Source: Selaginella moellendorffii (lineage: Eukaryota > Plantae > Lycopodiophyta). From it: 64,000 nt of DNA. The notes beneath the pieces were generated by a model, which was given only the letters and a program-made list of their open reading frames with translations, did not search any database and was not told where the DNA came from. Numbering within the stretch: the first letter of the stretch is position 1; every line of letters begins with the position of its first letter. Shown here one piece after another: positions 25,179 to 36,951 of the stretch. Where the stretch lies: assembly GCF_000143415.4 (NCBI RefSeq), contig NW_003314306.1:900897-964896 (forward strand), read 5' to 3'. A program made the position numbers and the translations under genes.

Positions 25179-26787
25179 ATGGAACAGGAGGAGAACAAGC
25201 GGCCATTGCTCGCGGCGTCCTTCGCTCCAGGTATGGAATGGCTCCACTCCGTCCTGTATTTCCAAGCGATCGTTTTCTTCGATCGAGCAGGCCACGAGCC
25301 GCGAGTTCCAGTGTGGACGGGAGAATTCCCATGCTCGGAATTGGAAGCCCAAGTCACCGGATCTGAGATACGAGCCGCCGCTGCGCACGATCCTTATCCG
25401 GCTTGGATCAATGCTTGTGTGGTCACTCCGGATAGCTCCATCCAAGGCGCTCACGATCCTGGCTATGGAGGCAAGTGGACTCTTACTCCATGAGATTTTT
25501 TGCTCACTTCTAGTTGCAGACGAACAAGCAGCTTCTTCTACCCACGAGAACTCGAGGTTGGATGTGGAATTAGCTTGTTGGTTTCTAACTCTTCCCCTCG
25601 ATCTCCAGTGTCCAGAGCTTGCAAGAGGATGAGATTCGCGACTTACTCATCGATCACGTCCACCACCATTGCTGCTGGGGGAAGCGGCCAGCGTGGTCGT
25701 GGAAGATCAGCAAGGTGGAAGACTGTAATGCCTACGTTGGAACTCTGGAAACTTTCATCGAGGAGAGAGACCTAGTGGAGGAGTGTGTTCCATACGATGG
25801 TCGAATCATAGACGAGGGTGGCCGAGCTCCCGGACCTTGGGAACTCGACACTCGTTCACACTTTCCACCACTCTTCGTGAGCTCCAAAGAGGCTTTGATC
25901 AAGGTGCCACACTCGGAAAGTGTGGAGCAATGCACAGGTTCTCTTGGAGCTCAAAACTTTTCTTTTTTTTCTTTTCGAGAGATTTTTGCTGAGTTTCTTT
26001 GGCCAGGTTGCTTGGGACAGGGAGATATCGCTTGTCATGTTTGCACCATATACGATGATTCCGGAAATCTCCAGCAAAGGAAAAAGTTTACGTGCTCGAG
26101 ATGCAATGGCCGGGGCCTCATTGCTCACTTGGATGGCTCCGACAGCAGGTTTTTCTAGATTGATCTTCGAGTCTTTCACTTATCCTGCTAGAGCTCTCTT
26201 TTCAGCTGCAAGGAATGCAAGGGAAGCGGCAAAGTTTACTGCCCGAGATGCCACTCTCGCGGTTTGCTGGCATGCGAGCACTGCAAGTCAGCCGGATCAT
26301 TCGTCTCATCCATGAGCGTTCGCGTTAAATGGTTGGTGCTTCTCCCAAGCTTTTACAAGCTGCCAGTGCCGATTGATCTTAAGAGTCCATCTTTCCTTTT
26401 ACTTCCAGGAGGACACTGCTGAGCAGGAAAGTGATCGCGTCCAGCCACGCCGCCTCCGTCCCGGACGACGTTTTCCAGCGAGCCAAAGGCGTGGAGCTCT
26501 ACTGCCACGAATCACAGCAATGCCAGGCAGCAGATTTCCAGGACTCGGCACTGCTCAGCCGCTTCTCGCAGGAGATCATCCGGGAGCGAGCTACAGTCCC
26601 CCCGGCGGCGCGAGTCGTGAGCGAGAGGCACCGCATCACGGTGGTTCCCGTGACCAGAGTGTTGATGAGCGACGGCAAGAGAAGGTGGTTTAAGTTCTAT
26701 ATCGTCGGGCTCAAGAAGGAGGTCTATCTCAAGAACTATCCACAAAAGTGCTGCTGCCAGTGTTGCCATAGCTGCACAATCATGTAA
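25179..26787 (+). CDS. SSUH2-like protein (DnaJ-type Cys-rich repeats), multi-exon
   Basis: EDEIRDLLIDHVHHHCCWG..PA..W, IKVPHSESVEQC, CxxCxGxG repeats (CSRCNGRG, CKECKGSG), ERHRITVVPVTRV, FYIVG, C-terminus YPQKCCCQCCHSCTIM. Confidence 0.85.
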
Positions 26788-26864
26788 GTAATTTGTCTCT
26801 TGATAAACTCATTGTCGTTATGCTATAGAACTTGGCAATGACCGATGCCATCCTAAGAAAAGAG

Positions 26865-27165
26865 TATGTTATCAGGGATTTTCTTCTTTTCCTTGTTCTT
26901 TCGCATGGAACAAGAAAAGAGATTTTTCATAAGCTTCCAGTTCAGAGCAGGGAGAATTTTCCCGTCTGATAGTGGGCTCGATCGAAGGCATGGATTTTCG
27001 AACTCACGAGATCTTTGCTCACTCGTGGCTGGCTGTAGTCACAGACAAACAACCAGCTTCTTTCACTCGAGCACTCGTTGGATGTGAAATTAGCTCGTTG
27101 ATTTCTAACTCTTACCCATGTTGGTCCATCTCCGAGGAAGAGATGGATCGGCGACTCGAGGTTCA
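26865..27165 (+). pseudogene. Partial decayed duplicate of the SSUH2-like 5' region
   Basis: ctttcgcatggaacaag and gttggatgtgaaattagctcgttgatttctaactctt match 25172-25595. Confidence 0.65.
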
Positions 27166-30100
27166 GCTTGTTTATGCCATTAACATTTGCGGCAGTGAGT
27201 ATGACAGAGAACTGCTGAATCTTTGGCACGTAGCACATCTCCCTTATTGGCATCCAGGGATCCAGAAGAACAGCTTTAGCTCATCCATGAACGCCCAGTG
27301 TGATTTGATAGTAAGAAGGAGCCACAGAGTTTTGAGGAAGGGACATGCGTATGAATCATATCTGAAACAGGTAAGTCTTCTAGTAGGAGTGCACACCAAG
27401 CAAAGCTTTCTCTTATTCCATTTGGTTCTCTAGTCCTAGCTGAGCAGAGAGCAAATCGACACATACCTCTGGTTGCTTTCATTATAGTAGCTCGATGGCA
27501 AGGCGAGCCGCGAGATTCACATCTTTACCAGAGTATCCTGTCCAAAGAAGAAGGGACAAGGAGATGAAGAAGAAAAACAAAGTCGCTCAGACTCTGGCCA
27601 GAGAGAATACCTCAAGTCTTCCTGGCAGAGGACATCGTTCCCCGTAGCGTTTTCATCCTGCCTGCAAAGCCGCCCCCATCCTTGAGAATCCCGGACAGCA
27701 GCTTCCGGCATTGAATCCAAAAAGATCCAGCGAAAGAAAATGTTTGACGAATACCTGACGCTCTGCCAGCAGCTGGTCCTGCAAATCCTCCACCGTTATA
27801 CAGATCCTCCCGGAACTGCGCCAGCGTGAAGAAGTTACTCCACAGACCACAAACTGTCCTGTGCGACTCGCTCGGACCGCTCGCCCCAGCATATCGAGCA
27901 CGCAAGCGCTGTACTCCTGTATCAAGGTCAAGCCGTGCTCGTTAGTCAGCTCAAACTTACAAGATAAGAGCTGCGTTACCACAAGAAAAGAGAAGAACCG
28001 CTACTCGCTTGAGATGTGTATCCTTGTGTCTCGCTCATATCCACTTGGAGACACCACCCGTGGACATTGTTGAGGGAATTGAGCTGGGGCAAAACTTCTG
28101 GCAGCATATGACACGAGCAGGACATCGTAAGAGAAGCAGGCCGATCGACGTTCGTGTCAGAGAAACCAGAGGCATGAGGAGACTACATGATCAAACCATC
28201 AGAGCAAGTTCCCCCAAACGTCTCCAAATCAAATCACCTGAAATGCGCAGCGGCCAGAGTTTGTGATCCGGTAACATGTCCTCCTTGACCAGGGGCAATG
28301 TGCAATTGCCAACACCTGGAATCTTCATGATCAAAGAAAATGGAAACGCGGTAGCCATCGATTTACCGTGACAACGAGCCTGGGTGAATCACTGGAGGGA
28401 CAAGTAGAGGCGGTGCTGCTGCTGGTAATTCCCAAAGCCTCCCGGACTGCCAGCACGATTACTGTTTTGCAGCCGCCCAACGTTGCATGGAATATATTTC
28501 CAAAATATTAAAAACATAGAGTTAAAAGGGAAACGGTATAAAGTAAATCCTATACCCTTATAAAGGTATATATATATATATATATACCCTTATATATCTT
28601 TACTCTTATACCTTTATATTTATATAAAGGTATAAGGGTTAATAAGTGGAAACGGTATAACTTAGACTTGCCATTTGCGAAATTTGATCATGAGCTTGCG
28701 ACTCTAGCGGATGATGAGCAGGGCTACCGAGTAGTATTTCGGGTGCGTAGGTTTATGCAAACAGCAGTCCTCTACTCTTGGAAGTCAGAGTGGCTCGTCA
28801 CAGAGCAATGTAAGGAGGATATCAAAATGGAGGATTTTGCGGATTTTGTCACATCCTCTTCTATTGTTTGTGGCAACATCATCCATTCCATTGGGTCCAA
28901 AAACAAAGTGGCACTAGTTCTGATAAGCTGGGCGCCCGAAAGCATTTCTACAAAATTTCCCTTTGTAAGGTCGGCAAGCATCTACAACAATATTATCTAC
29001 TGCATTTTTCAAGTGAAGCTAGCAATGCTAGTAACTTACAACCTCAGCAAACATGGTTCGTGGCAGGTGGTACCACTTCCAGAACCATTGCCTGCGTGCA
29101 TTGGAATCTTAAATATTATGAAGTTCAGTTTAAACTTACCATTTGGGTTAGACTTGTGTAGTTCTTATTGATTTTCGTTTTCACTTAGTTGGTTTTGCTC
29201 TTGATCCTCCACACCTTGTCCTGTGAGATATATTTTAAGGTGAAAGGTTGTTATGAAAATAAAATCATAAACATTTTCTAAATAATTTTCTGTCCAACAG
29301 CTTTTTGGATTACTATAAATCTCATCCAGGCCGAGCATTCAGCAGAGAATAAGCCAGCCGAAGGAATAATTTTGCAAAACCTTTACTCTTAGAACGTTAG
29401 AAACACAATGTTAGGACAAAGGAAAATAATGTGAACGATAACATGGATCATGGTCAATCTCCCTTGCCAGAGGCTTGCAAGCTTTCGCGAGCACTTCACC
29501 AGCTTCCAATGCTCTTCAGCAAGAAAAAATGTCTTTTGAGTGGACAAGTTGTCAAAGTTTTGGTACAGTCCTACCATTTAGATCTCTGATAGATGGCAAT
29601 CAACAAAGAGTGGCTCAATCACGTCAAAGGCTAAAGAGGGCTGGGGAAGCAGGCAGCCTTGCTTTACCCCAATGATGTTGGTGATCGAAGGATAACGCTA
29701 TATAATGCCTAGATTATATCTGGGGTGTCCCATGTGCCTTCTACCAATCCCATAAGCTTTGTCTTGGGACTGTATCCGAAGCTTTCTTGCAGTTTACGAA
29801 GCAATGTATCTGCTTGTGTATGGTGCATAGCATGATTAAGTGATCTGCGCAATTGTATTATCGCCGTCACACATTTCCCTTTAAAGGCATATCAATTGAC
29901 AATTAAGATTTCTTTGTTTAGAAGAGCATCATTGGAACAATCAAAATAAAGATCTCTTGCCCTTCTTTTCAGGAGCCATGCTCGCAATTCAAGAGAGAAG
30001 ACAAAAAGCGCAAAGGCAAGAATCAAGAAATGAACTCAACATGATGAAGCTTAACTTTATAGAGTGACTTGTGATCTTATCATATGAGAGTTCTTGCTTT

Positions 30101-30863
30101 CCGGGTCGGGCTGTGTCCAGGAGTTCTCGTGGATGCCCTGATGGATCTGTTGGAGGTGATCAATCTCTCGTGGGAGATGTCTGAAAGCCAGGTCAGTTTC
30201 GAGGAGGCCGACTGCGACTACTAATACTACTACAGTTGTTGACAAAATGGTTCTCAAGTGTGTTACGAAAAGGCTCTGCAAAGATTGAAAATGGGTCTCC
30301 CTAGCGTTCGAGCGCGAATCGCCCACGTCCGCCCGCACAACAAATCTCGTGTCCAACTTCTGAGCAAGACTGCCATCTTTCAGGTGTAGATTGATCTCTT
30401 GAGCACTTTATTGGAGCGCGAAAACACATCACCTTTGTATTCCTGGAACAGTATCACAGGAACGTCGCCTGGGTCTCACGGGACGTCGTCTTGGTCTGTT
30501 GCTGTTTGAAACTGCGAATTTCTCCTGGGTTCTCAAATTGTCCTTGCTTGGATCTATAGCTGCTACTGCGTCACCATGGATCTGGGATCGAGCATTGTTG
30601 TGCAACACAACCCAAAAGTTGGTGGACGGCGTTGAAAAGCCTGGGCAAATGGCAACGGGGTGAAGAAGTAAACAAGAAAGAAGGGAATTATACTTATGGG
30701 CTGGCTATGGAAGACAGTGGCCGACTTTCGATCTACTAAGCACAGCTTGAATTAGTTGTTTGTTTGGAATGTATGGAACATTTATAATGCGAGGTGCGCG
30801 GGCTTTAACTTGATGAAGTTGGTTAACAATGTAAAGGAAGAGTAAAATAAAACGAACTCTCTT

Positions 30864-33542
30864 TCACCCAAGAAACTTGGCAAGCTCCATTCTTACCTCA
30901 TTCGCAGCGTCCGCCATCACCTTGCCATTGTTTATAGTCGTAGTCGTCCACTGGATATTGTCCTCGCTCTTCAAGAATCGCCCTCCTCTCGGGTACTGCA
31001 CTTGCTGCCACCCCATCGCGCTCCATTTGTCACACTGCTCCTCGATCCTCCTCCTCTTGAACCGAAAGTGCGCCGCGATCAAATCCTTGAACACCTCGTC
31101 CGGACTGCGCAGCGCCGGCGCCATGGAATGCATCATCGTGTTGAAGCACTGCTCGTAGTTGTAATTCTCGGACGCGTAGTGGCGGCTACCATCCTTGGGC
31201 CTGCTCTTCTCCCACCCGGGTTCGTTGTAGTAAGGCTCGCTCACGAACACCAGGCTTTGGAGCGACACGAGCAGCTGGAGCAGCGTCGAGGATCCCGGCT
31301 GCCACGATGGTCCGGTCCAAGTCCCCAGCAAGCTCAAGCACACCTTGCCACAGTGGTACAAGTTTGGATTGAATCGCACCTTGCCGCCGGCGGTGGTGAG
31401 GAACTGGACCGACGGAGGGGAGCTCGGGTAGCCATCGCCCACGAAGATGTCGAAGAGGAAGATCCCATTCTCGTATGGCGTGTCGTGGGGGCCGATGATG
31501 AGCGCGCGGAGGAGGTCCATCCGGAACTCGTCCACCCGGACGTGGATCGAGGAGTGGAACTCGAGCGGGAGCTGCGTGGCGAGGCCAGCCAGCTCCTTGG
31601 CGATGCGCCGGGACCGGCTGCCGTTGCCCAAGTCCGCGTCCCAGTGGATCGAGCTCCGGAAGTAGTGATTCTGGAGGAGCGCAGCGTGGCCGAACTGGAG
31701 TGGCTTGAGCGCCGTCACGTAGTCGAGCTCCTCGCTGAGTGGTTCGTCCATGGCGATCACTTGCTTGCCTTTGTCGTCGTGTCGCGGCGGTGGAGAGCTC
31801 TCCTTCTCGATCGTGATGCTGCTAGCGCCGGAGGAGGGCGACCCTGACGGAAGAGCGCCAGGGTGGCGGAGCTTGAAAACTTGGTCCGAGTCTTCCATCC
31901 ACGCTGCATGCCACGCGAGGCGCTGCCTCCACGCACTGATCCGCCGCTCCAGCCGCTCAAACGTGTCCTTTGCCTCGCCAAACAGCGCCGCCTCCACCGC
32001 GGAGTTCTCGTCGTCGTCCACCCCGCCAAGCATCGGCGTGCTCAGGAAGAACGAGGCCTGCGTGTGGAGCTTCGCGAAGCTGGCCATGAGCGACGCCGGA
32101 TGGAACAGTCCCTCGCTGCCGCTCCAGCAATCGTGGCTCGGATCCGACGCGCTGCCGCAAACCAGCGGGAGGAGCTCCGGAAGGCCGGCAACAGTCCGCA
32201 GCAGAGCAAAGAGCTCGAAGTGGAGCTCCGAGCGGGAGACGATGTCCAGCGCTGAATCGTTGCGGAGCAGCCAGCTGAGAACCTCGCGGGCGATAGAGTC
32301 ACGGCAGCACAGCAGCGCGGCTGCTGGCAGCGAGACCCGGCCGCCATTCTCCAGGCACGCCAGCTTGATCCCGTCCGAGAGCTTCCTCAACACCTCGACC
32401 ACTGCCTTGTCCGAGGCCTCGACATTCTTATCCACGGCCACTGCGCAAACCTCCTTGGAGCTCGCCGTCTCGGACTTCTTCGCCTTGAAAGCTCGCCGGA
32501 TCGACGAGCTCTTCTTCGTGTGGTTCTTCCTCGCCACCTTGACGCTCAAGCTCGAGTGATACACTGCCCGGAGCTCCTCCACCGTCGCAAAGATGGTCTC
32601 CATCTCCGCGTCCCACGAAAAGGTCGCCGCCGCCGCCGCCACCTTGAGCCGCTTCGCCGAATTCTCACCGGGGTTGAAAGCCGCCGAGGCGTCGCGCATC
32701 CTCGAGCACAGCCACTGGTCCACAAAGTCCACGGCCTCCTTGCCGGCGACAACTCTTAGATCCTGTCGGCTCAGGGGGAGCTGGCAGATCGGACACTCGA
32801 ATCCCGCAAAGCCGGACTGGAGCCTCTCCACACGGTCGCCGACGAGCCCGACCGCGCAATCCCGGCAAAAACCGTGCCCACATCCTTGGAGGGAGTAGCC
32901 GTCAACGCCGTCAACGCGGCACACCACGCAGTTGACCGGGGGCTTGACCGCTGGAGGAGCCGGGTCCTCCTCGATCATCGTCAAATCGATCGGATCAAAC
33001 GGGGCTCGGCACATAGAACACGCGCTGGAGGGCATCTCATTGATGAAAGTGCAAGCCGGGCAAGCTCTCTCGCTCGATCCCGATGATCCTTCTTCGCTGT
33101 TCTTGGGCTCGTTGTTGCGAATCTCCTGCTCGATCCGCGGCTCAAACCGGGCATTGCACATAGAACACGCCAGCGCTCCCATCTTGTTGGCGAAAGTGCA
33201 AACTGGGCATGGCTTCGATCCGGCGGCGCCGCTCGAGGCCCCAAACTCCGATCGACACATGCTACACTTGGCGGCCCTGGAGAAATTGAGATACGTGCAA
33301 ACCTCGCAAAGCTTGGAGCGGGCCTCCTTGCCCGATTCATCGTCACTGCCATCGATCACCACAACGTTATCCTGCGGAGGAGGAGGATGGGGAGGAGGAG
33401 CACCATAGCCAGGCCCAGGGGCTACAAATTCTACTTCATCTCCTCCACTGTCGTCCTCTTCCTCGTCTTCCTCGTCTTCCTCTTCTTCCTCTTCTCCTTG
33501 ACTGTAGTAGCCATCCCCCGTCTCGCCCCAGTCCACCTCCAT
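30864..33542 (-). CDS. Intronless 892 aa ubiquitin E2/E3 hybrid: acidic N-terminus, SIM-like motifs, 3 RanBP2/NZF zinc fingers, RING-HC, BIRC6-type UBC domain
   Basis: Three CxxCT(F/Y)xN-x6-CxMC fingers; CVVC..CGHGFCRDC..CPIC; GPHDTPYENG..FD..YPSSPP..VRFNPNLYHCGKVCLSLLGTW..EPYYNEPG with the catalytic Cys. Confidence 0.9.
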   Translation of the reverse strand: MEVDWGETGDGYYSQGEEEEEEDEEDEEEDDSGGDEVEFVAPGPGYGAPPPHPPPPQDNVVVIDGSDDESGKEARSKLCEVCTYLNFSRAAKCSMCRSEFGASSGAAGSKPCPVCTFANKMGALACSMCNARFEPRIEQEIRNNEPKNSEEGSSGSSERACPACTFINEMPSSACSMCRAPFDPIDLTMIEEDPAPPAVKPPVNCVVCRVDGVDGYSLQGCGHGFCRDCAVGLVGDRVERLQSGFAGFECPICQLPLSRQDLRVVAGKEAVDFVDQWLCSRMRDASAAFNPGENSAKRLKVAAAAATFSWDAEMETIFATVEELRAVYHSSLSVKVARKNHTKKSSSIRRAFKAKKSETASSKEVCAVAVDKNVEASDKAVVEVLRKLSDGIKLACLENGGRVSLPAAALLCCRDSIAREVLSWLLRNDSALDIVSRSELHFELFALLRTVAGLPELLPLVCGSASDPSHDCWSGSEGLFHPASLMASFAKLHTQASFFLSTPMLGGVDDDENSAVEAALFGEAKDTFERLERRISAWRQRLAWHAAWMEDSDQVFKLRHPGALPSGSPSSGASSITIEKESSPPPRHDDKGKQVIAMDEPLSEELDYVTALKPLQFGHAALLQNHYFRSSIHWDADLGNGSRSRRIAKELAGLATQLPLEFHSSIHVRVDEFRMDLLRALIIGPHDTPYENGIFLFDIFVGDGYPSSPPSVQFLTTAGGKVRFNPNLYHCGKVCLSLLGTWTGPSWQPGSSTLLQLLVSLQSLVFVSEPYYNEPGWEKSRPKDGSRHYASENYNYEQCFNTMMHSMAPALRSPDEVFKDLIAAHFRFKRRRIEEQCDKWSAMGWQQVQYPRGGRFLKSEDNIQWTTTTINNGKVMADAANEVRMELAKFLG

Positions 33543-33980
33543 GCCCGGAAAAAGCTTTGCCCTCGCCGGCGAGCGAATATTCTCCCTATCAAACCCTAGG
33601 CCTAGGGGAATATACCGGTCAATTTATCTATTTTAGGGCTGACATCAGCGATAGGATGCTGACCTTTGGTTGCTCGGGTTTTATTTTTTTGTTTGCTTTT
33701 TCCGCTTTCGCGCGTTTCCTGGATTTGAAAAAGCTCTGTTCTTGGTCGCGGATGATTAGGGCGGAGCGATGAGAGGGCGAGCTGTGATCGTCGGGAGATG
33801 GGTAGCAGCGGCGAGAGCCCGTGCCAGTTTATCGTCGAGCTCCTGAGCGAGAATGCGTACGATCTCATCTCCTGATCTAGAGAGGTTTTCACAGTTTCTC
33901 TTCCTTTTGCTCGTTTTCTCTAAATCAGTCCCAGTGACCGCGGTCATCGTCCCCCGCCCCCGCCTCTGCCATCGAATCTA

Positions 33981-35049
33981 ATGCTAGCGGCTTTCAATCC
34001 TGCTGCGCAAGCAGCAGCTCAAGCTCCGCCACCGCCTCCGCCGCCGCCATCGCCGCCCACCCTCACCGCCACACTGCTCTACAGCCGCGTGAGCAAGAAC
34101 ATCCTGTGCCTGGAGGCCGGCAAGGAGCTCGTGGACCTGGTGGTGGGCTTCCTCACGCTGCCGCTGGGATGCGTCGTCAAGCTCCTCCAGGCGATCGAGA
34201 TCCCGCCACCCGAGGGAGCGCCGCCGCCGCCGATCTCCAGCAAGCGCGAGGTGAAGCCGCTGGTGGGGATCACGAGCCTGTTCTCGTGCACCGAGAAGCT
34301 GGATGAATCGAGGATGTGTTCCAGCAAGAGCTTGCTGGTGGATCCTCGCCCAACCATGACCTTTGGAGACAAAGTGATCCGGATCCCCGGGACCGAGGGA
34401 GCGGCGATCTACTGCTGCGGCGCCCCGGCGGCGTGCGAGTTCATCACCAAGAAACCGGATCTAAAGTGTCCCAAGCACAAGAAGGTGATGGAGAACCCGT
34501 GCAAAGTCTTGGCGAGCGAGGAGGATGTGATCGCCGCCGCCGCTGCCGCCGCTGGGGGTGGCAAGAAGGAGGAAGCGGCTCCAAAGAAAGGGAAGAAAGG
34601 CGGGGCCCCGGCAGTGGAGGCTGCGCCGCCTCCCGGGTATATCAAAACCGGATCGAGTTTCATGATCACCAACACGCTCGAGGTTTTCCCGAGCTCCACC
34701 ATCCAATCCATCTTGCGACTGGGGACGCAAAAGGGCGAGAAGATGAGCGATCTGGAGAGCATGGAGATTCCAGTGTCGGGCGAGGAGGTAAGCTTTGATC
34801 TTTGGTTTCATGCTGATGATCGCTGGATCGATTTGTCACAGATTGTCCAGATGCTAAAGTCGTCGCTTTCTTCCACCAATGTGCTCAACGATGTGTTTGG
34901 CAAGCATTGCAAGAAACGTAAGCGCGAGAAATCTCTCCACCACATTCTTGTTCTTGATGTTCTTCCTCTCGTTTCTTGTGATCCCAGCGCTAGCTTCACC
35001 GATGATGCTTCTCCCGGCACCACCATCGGCCGGAGCTCTCCCCGCGTAG
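33981..35049 (+). CDS. DUF674 family protein (2 short 3' introns; start uncertain)
   Basis: LLYSRVSKNILCLEAGKELVDLVVGFLTLPLGCVVKLL, GYIKTGSSFMITNTLEVFP, LKSSLSSTNVLNDVF. Confidence 0.8.
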
Positions 35050-35541
35050 AGATCAAACGCAGGAAGAAAAGGAGAGAGTGATTTAGAGCGTGGATTGGAT
35101 GATCTTCCGGGAAGAACACAATGTTTGAGATTTATGGCCTAGTGAGGAAGAAAGGCGTTTTAAAAGCTTGCATGGACTGCCACGTAGCAAACCTCGCCAT
35201 GGCCATGGGCATGAATGGGCATGGCCATGCATAGTGCCATTCAACGAGAGGGCGGGAAAAAAATCGCTAGGGGAGGCGTTGTTCCAATTACAATAAATTT
35301 GGTTTCCACAAAATAGCGAAGATGGTTCTTTAGGTTTTGTGGCGCTGCCCTAATTCGTCCGGTCTGGAGCTCGAGCGCGGCGCCGTGGCAAGGTAGAGCG
35401 ATTTCTCTCGCAATCTTGTGGAATGTAGATTCGGAGCTCTCGGCCGGCAGCGCGAGCGATCGAAAATGCGGGGGGATTGGCGATGGAGCGGCGCCACCGA
35501 GTGACGGATTCTTCGCCGCCGGAGGGAGCCGCGGGCGCGAT

Positions 35542-36951
35542 ATGACCGGTGGGAGGGGTTTTCCAGGCAGTGGAGCTGTGGCATTTCACATCGAGCTGGG
35601 CGACGATCGGGAGGCCGTGGAGAGGAGGAGGATTGTGTACGATAGCTCCGGGAGGGACGACGATGGTTTCAATGGAATAGTTGGCAGGAGTGAGGTGAGC
35701 GTTTCTCACAGTGATGGGTCCGAGGACTACGTAGACGAAGAGCTCGACTTGGAAGCTGATGGAAGGGATGGTCTGGTGGATGGAGATAGAACCCCGCAGA
35801 TGCAAATTCCCAGCCAGGATAGCTTCCAGAGGATGACGAGCAGCGAGAGGGATAGGATCATGAAAACGGCGAGCCAGAAGTTTGGGATGTTTCCATTCTT
35901 TAACCCCGCGTCCTACAGCGAGAACGGTGCGAGGGAGAGGCCAGAGGGCGATGGAAACGGTGGTGAAGCGGGTGTTCCAGACTCCGCTTACTTCAGTTCG
36001 ATGGTTAACTCCGCGGCTGGACGTGTTCCTCCGGCGACTGATACTACCTCGGTTCGTCACTTCCTGTCGGATCCAGTATCGTAAGTTGTAGATGTTTCGC
36101 TATGCTTGCTAACTTGCGGGGTTTATCAGTGGCGCGCTCATGGAGGACGCTGTCATATTTCCCTGCGGACACTCGGTTGGAACCTCTGGCTTTCAACGAG
36201 TCCAAGAAACTGTATGTGACGAGAGATGGAATGCTCTTTGTACTGACCATGTTTTTCTTTCTCTTTTGTAGAACGCGTGCGTTGTTTGTATGATGCCGAC
36301 TGCTCCTATGTCGGCTGCTCCTAACCATGGTATTGCTGCTCGGATTTTCTCCTAAACTCTCACTTTTTTTCTCTGGCAGCTCTAAGGCAAGCGGTACACG
36401 CCTACAAACGGGAGAGAGAGTTTCCTATAATCACTTGCTCGAAAACGCTGAAGAGGAAACGCGAACAGGTGTGGTGTGGAACTTATTTCCTGAGACGTTC
36501 TTATCGTTTTGTTTACGTTGTTTTAGGAGGATAATGGGAAAGTCAAGGGCGTGCAATTTCCATACTCGGTCAGTGATCGCGTTCTTATCAAGGTAAGTGA
36601 TTTCACAAACTTTAGAATCCCCGGCGATAAATTCTCCGCAAAATCTCACAGGGTAACAAGCGAACTCCCGAGAGATTTGTTGGCCGCGAAGCGATTATTA
36701 CCACTCAATGCTTGAATGGATGGTAAAACTCTCGCTTTGATCTGTTCTTTCGTCTCGTTTGACGATGTTCTTTCGCAGGTACTTGGTGAGGACAATAGAC
36801 AATGGCGAGAGCGTCAGGTTACAATACCGATCTCTCCAAAAAATAGGAGGTAGCAAATCGAAGTTTCGTTTTTTTAACTTTGGATCTTACGAGACATTCT
36901 TGTGGCATTCTTGTGGCAGACTAAACGAGCGAAGACAAAGGTTAAAAGGTG
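35542..36951 (+). CDS. U-box domain protein 62/63-like, multi-exon (ends approximate)
   Basis: Spliced FLSDPVS|GALMEDAVIFPCGHS..|NACVVC..PNH|ALRQAV and C-terminal GVQFPYSVSDRVLIK|GNKRTPERFVGREAIITTQCLNGW|YLVRTIDNGESVRLQYRSL. Confidence 0.82.

Noticed and set aside
27480-30700. Exon-like GC-richer segments and ORFs (27612-27982, 28668-29171, 30057-30356)
   Set aside because: No recognisable family or consistent spliced frame; probably gene fragments, but not supportable
30877-33408. Long plus-strand ORFs antisense to the E2 gene (likewise 3942-4868 and those opposite the NHL and PPR genes)
   Set aside because: Expected shadow ORFs of GC-rich coding sequence
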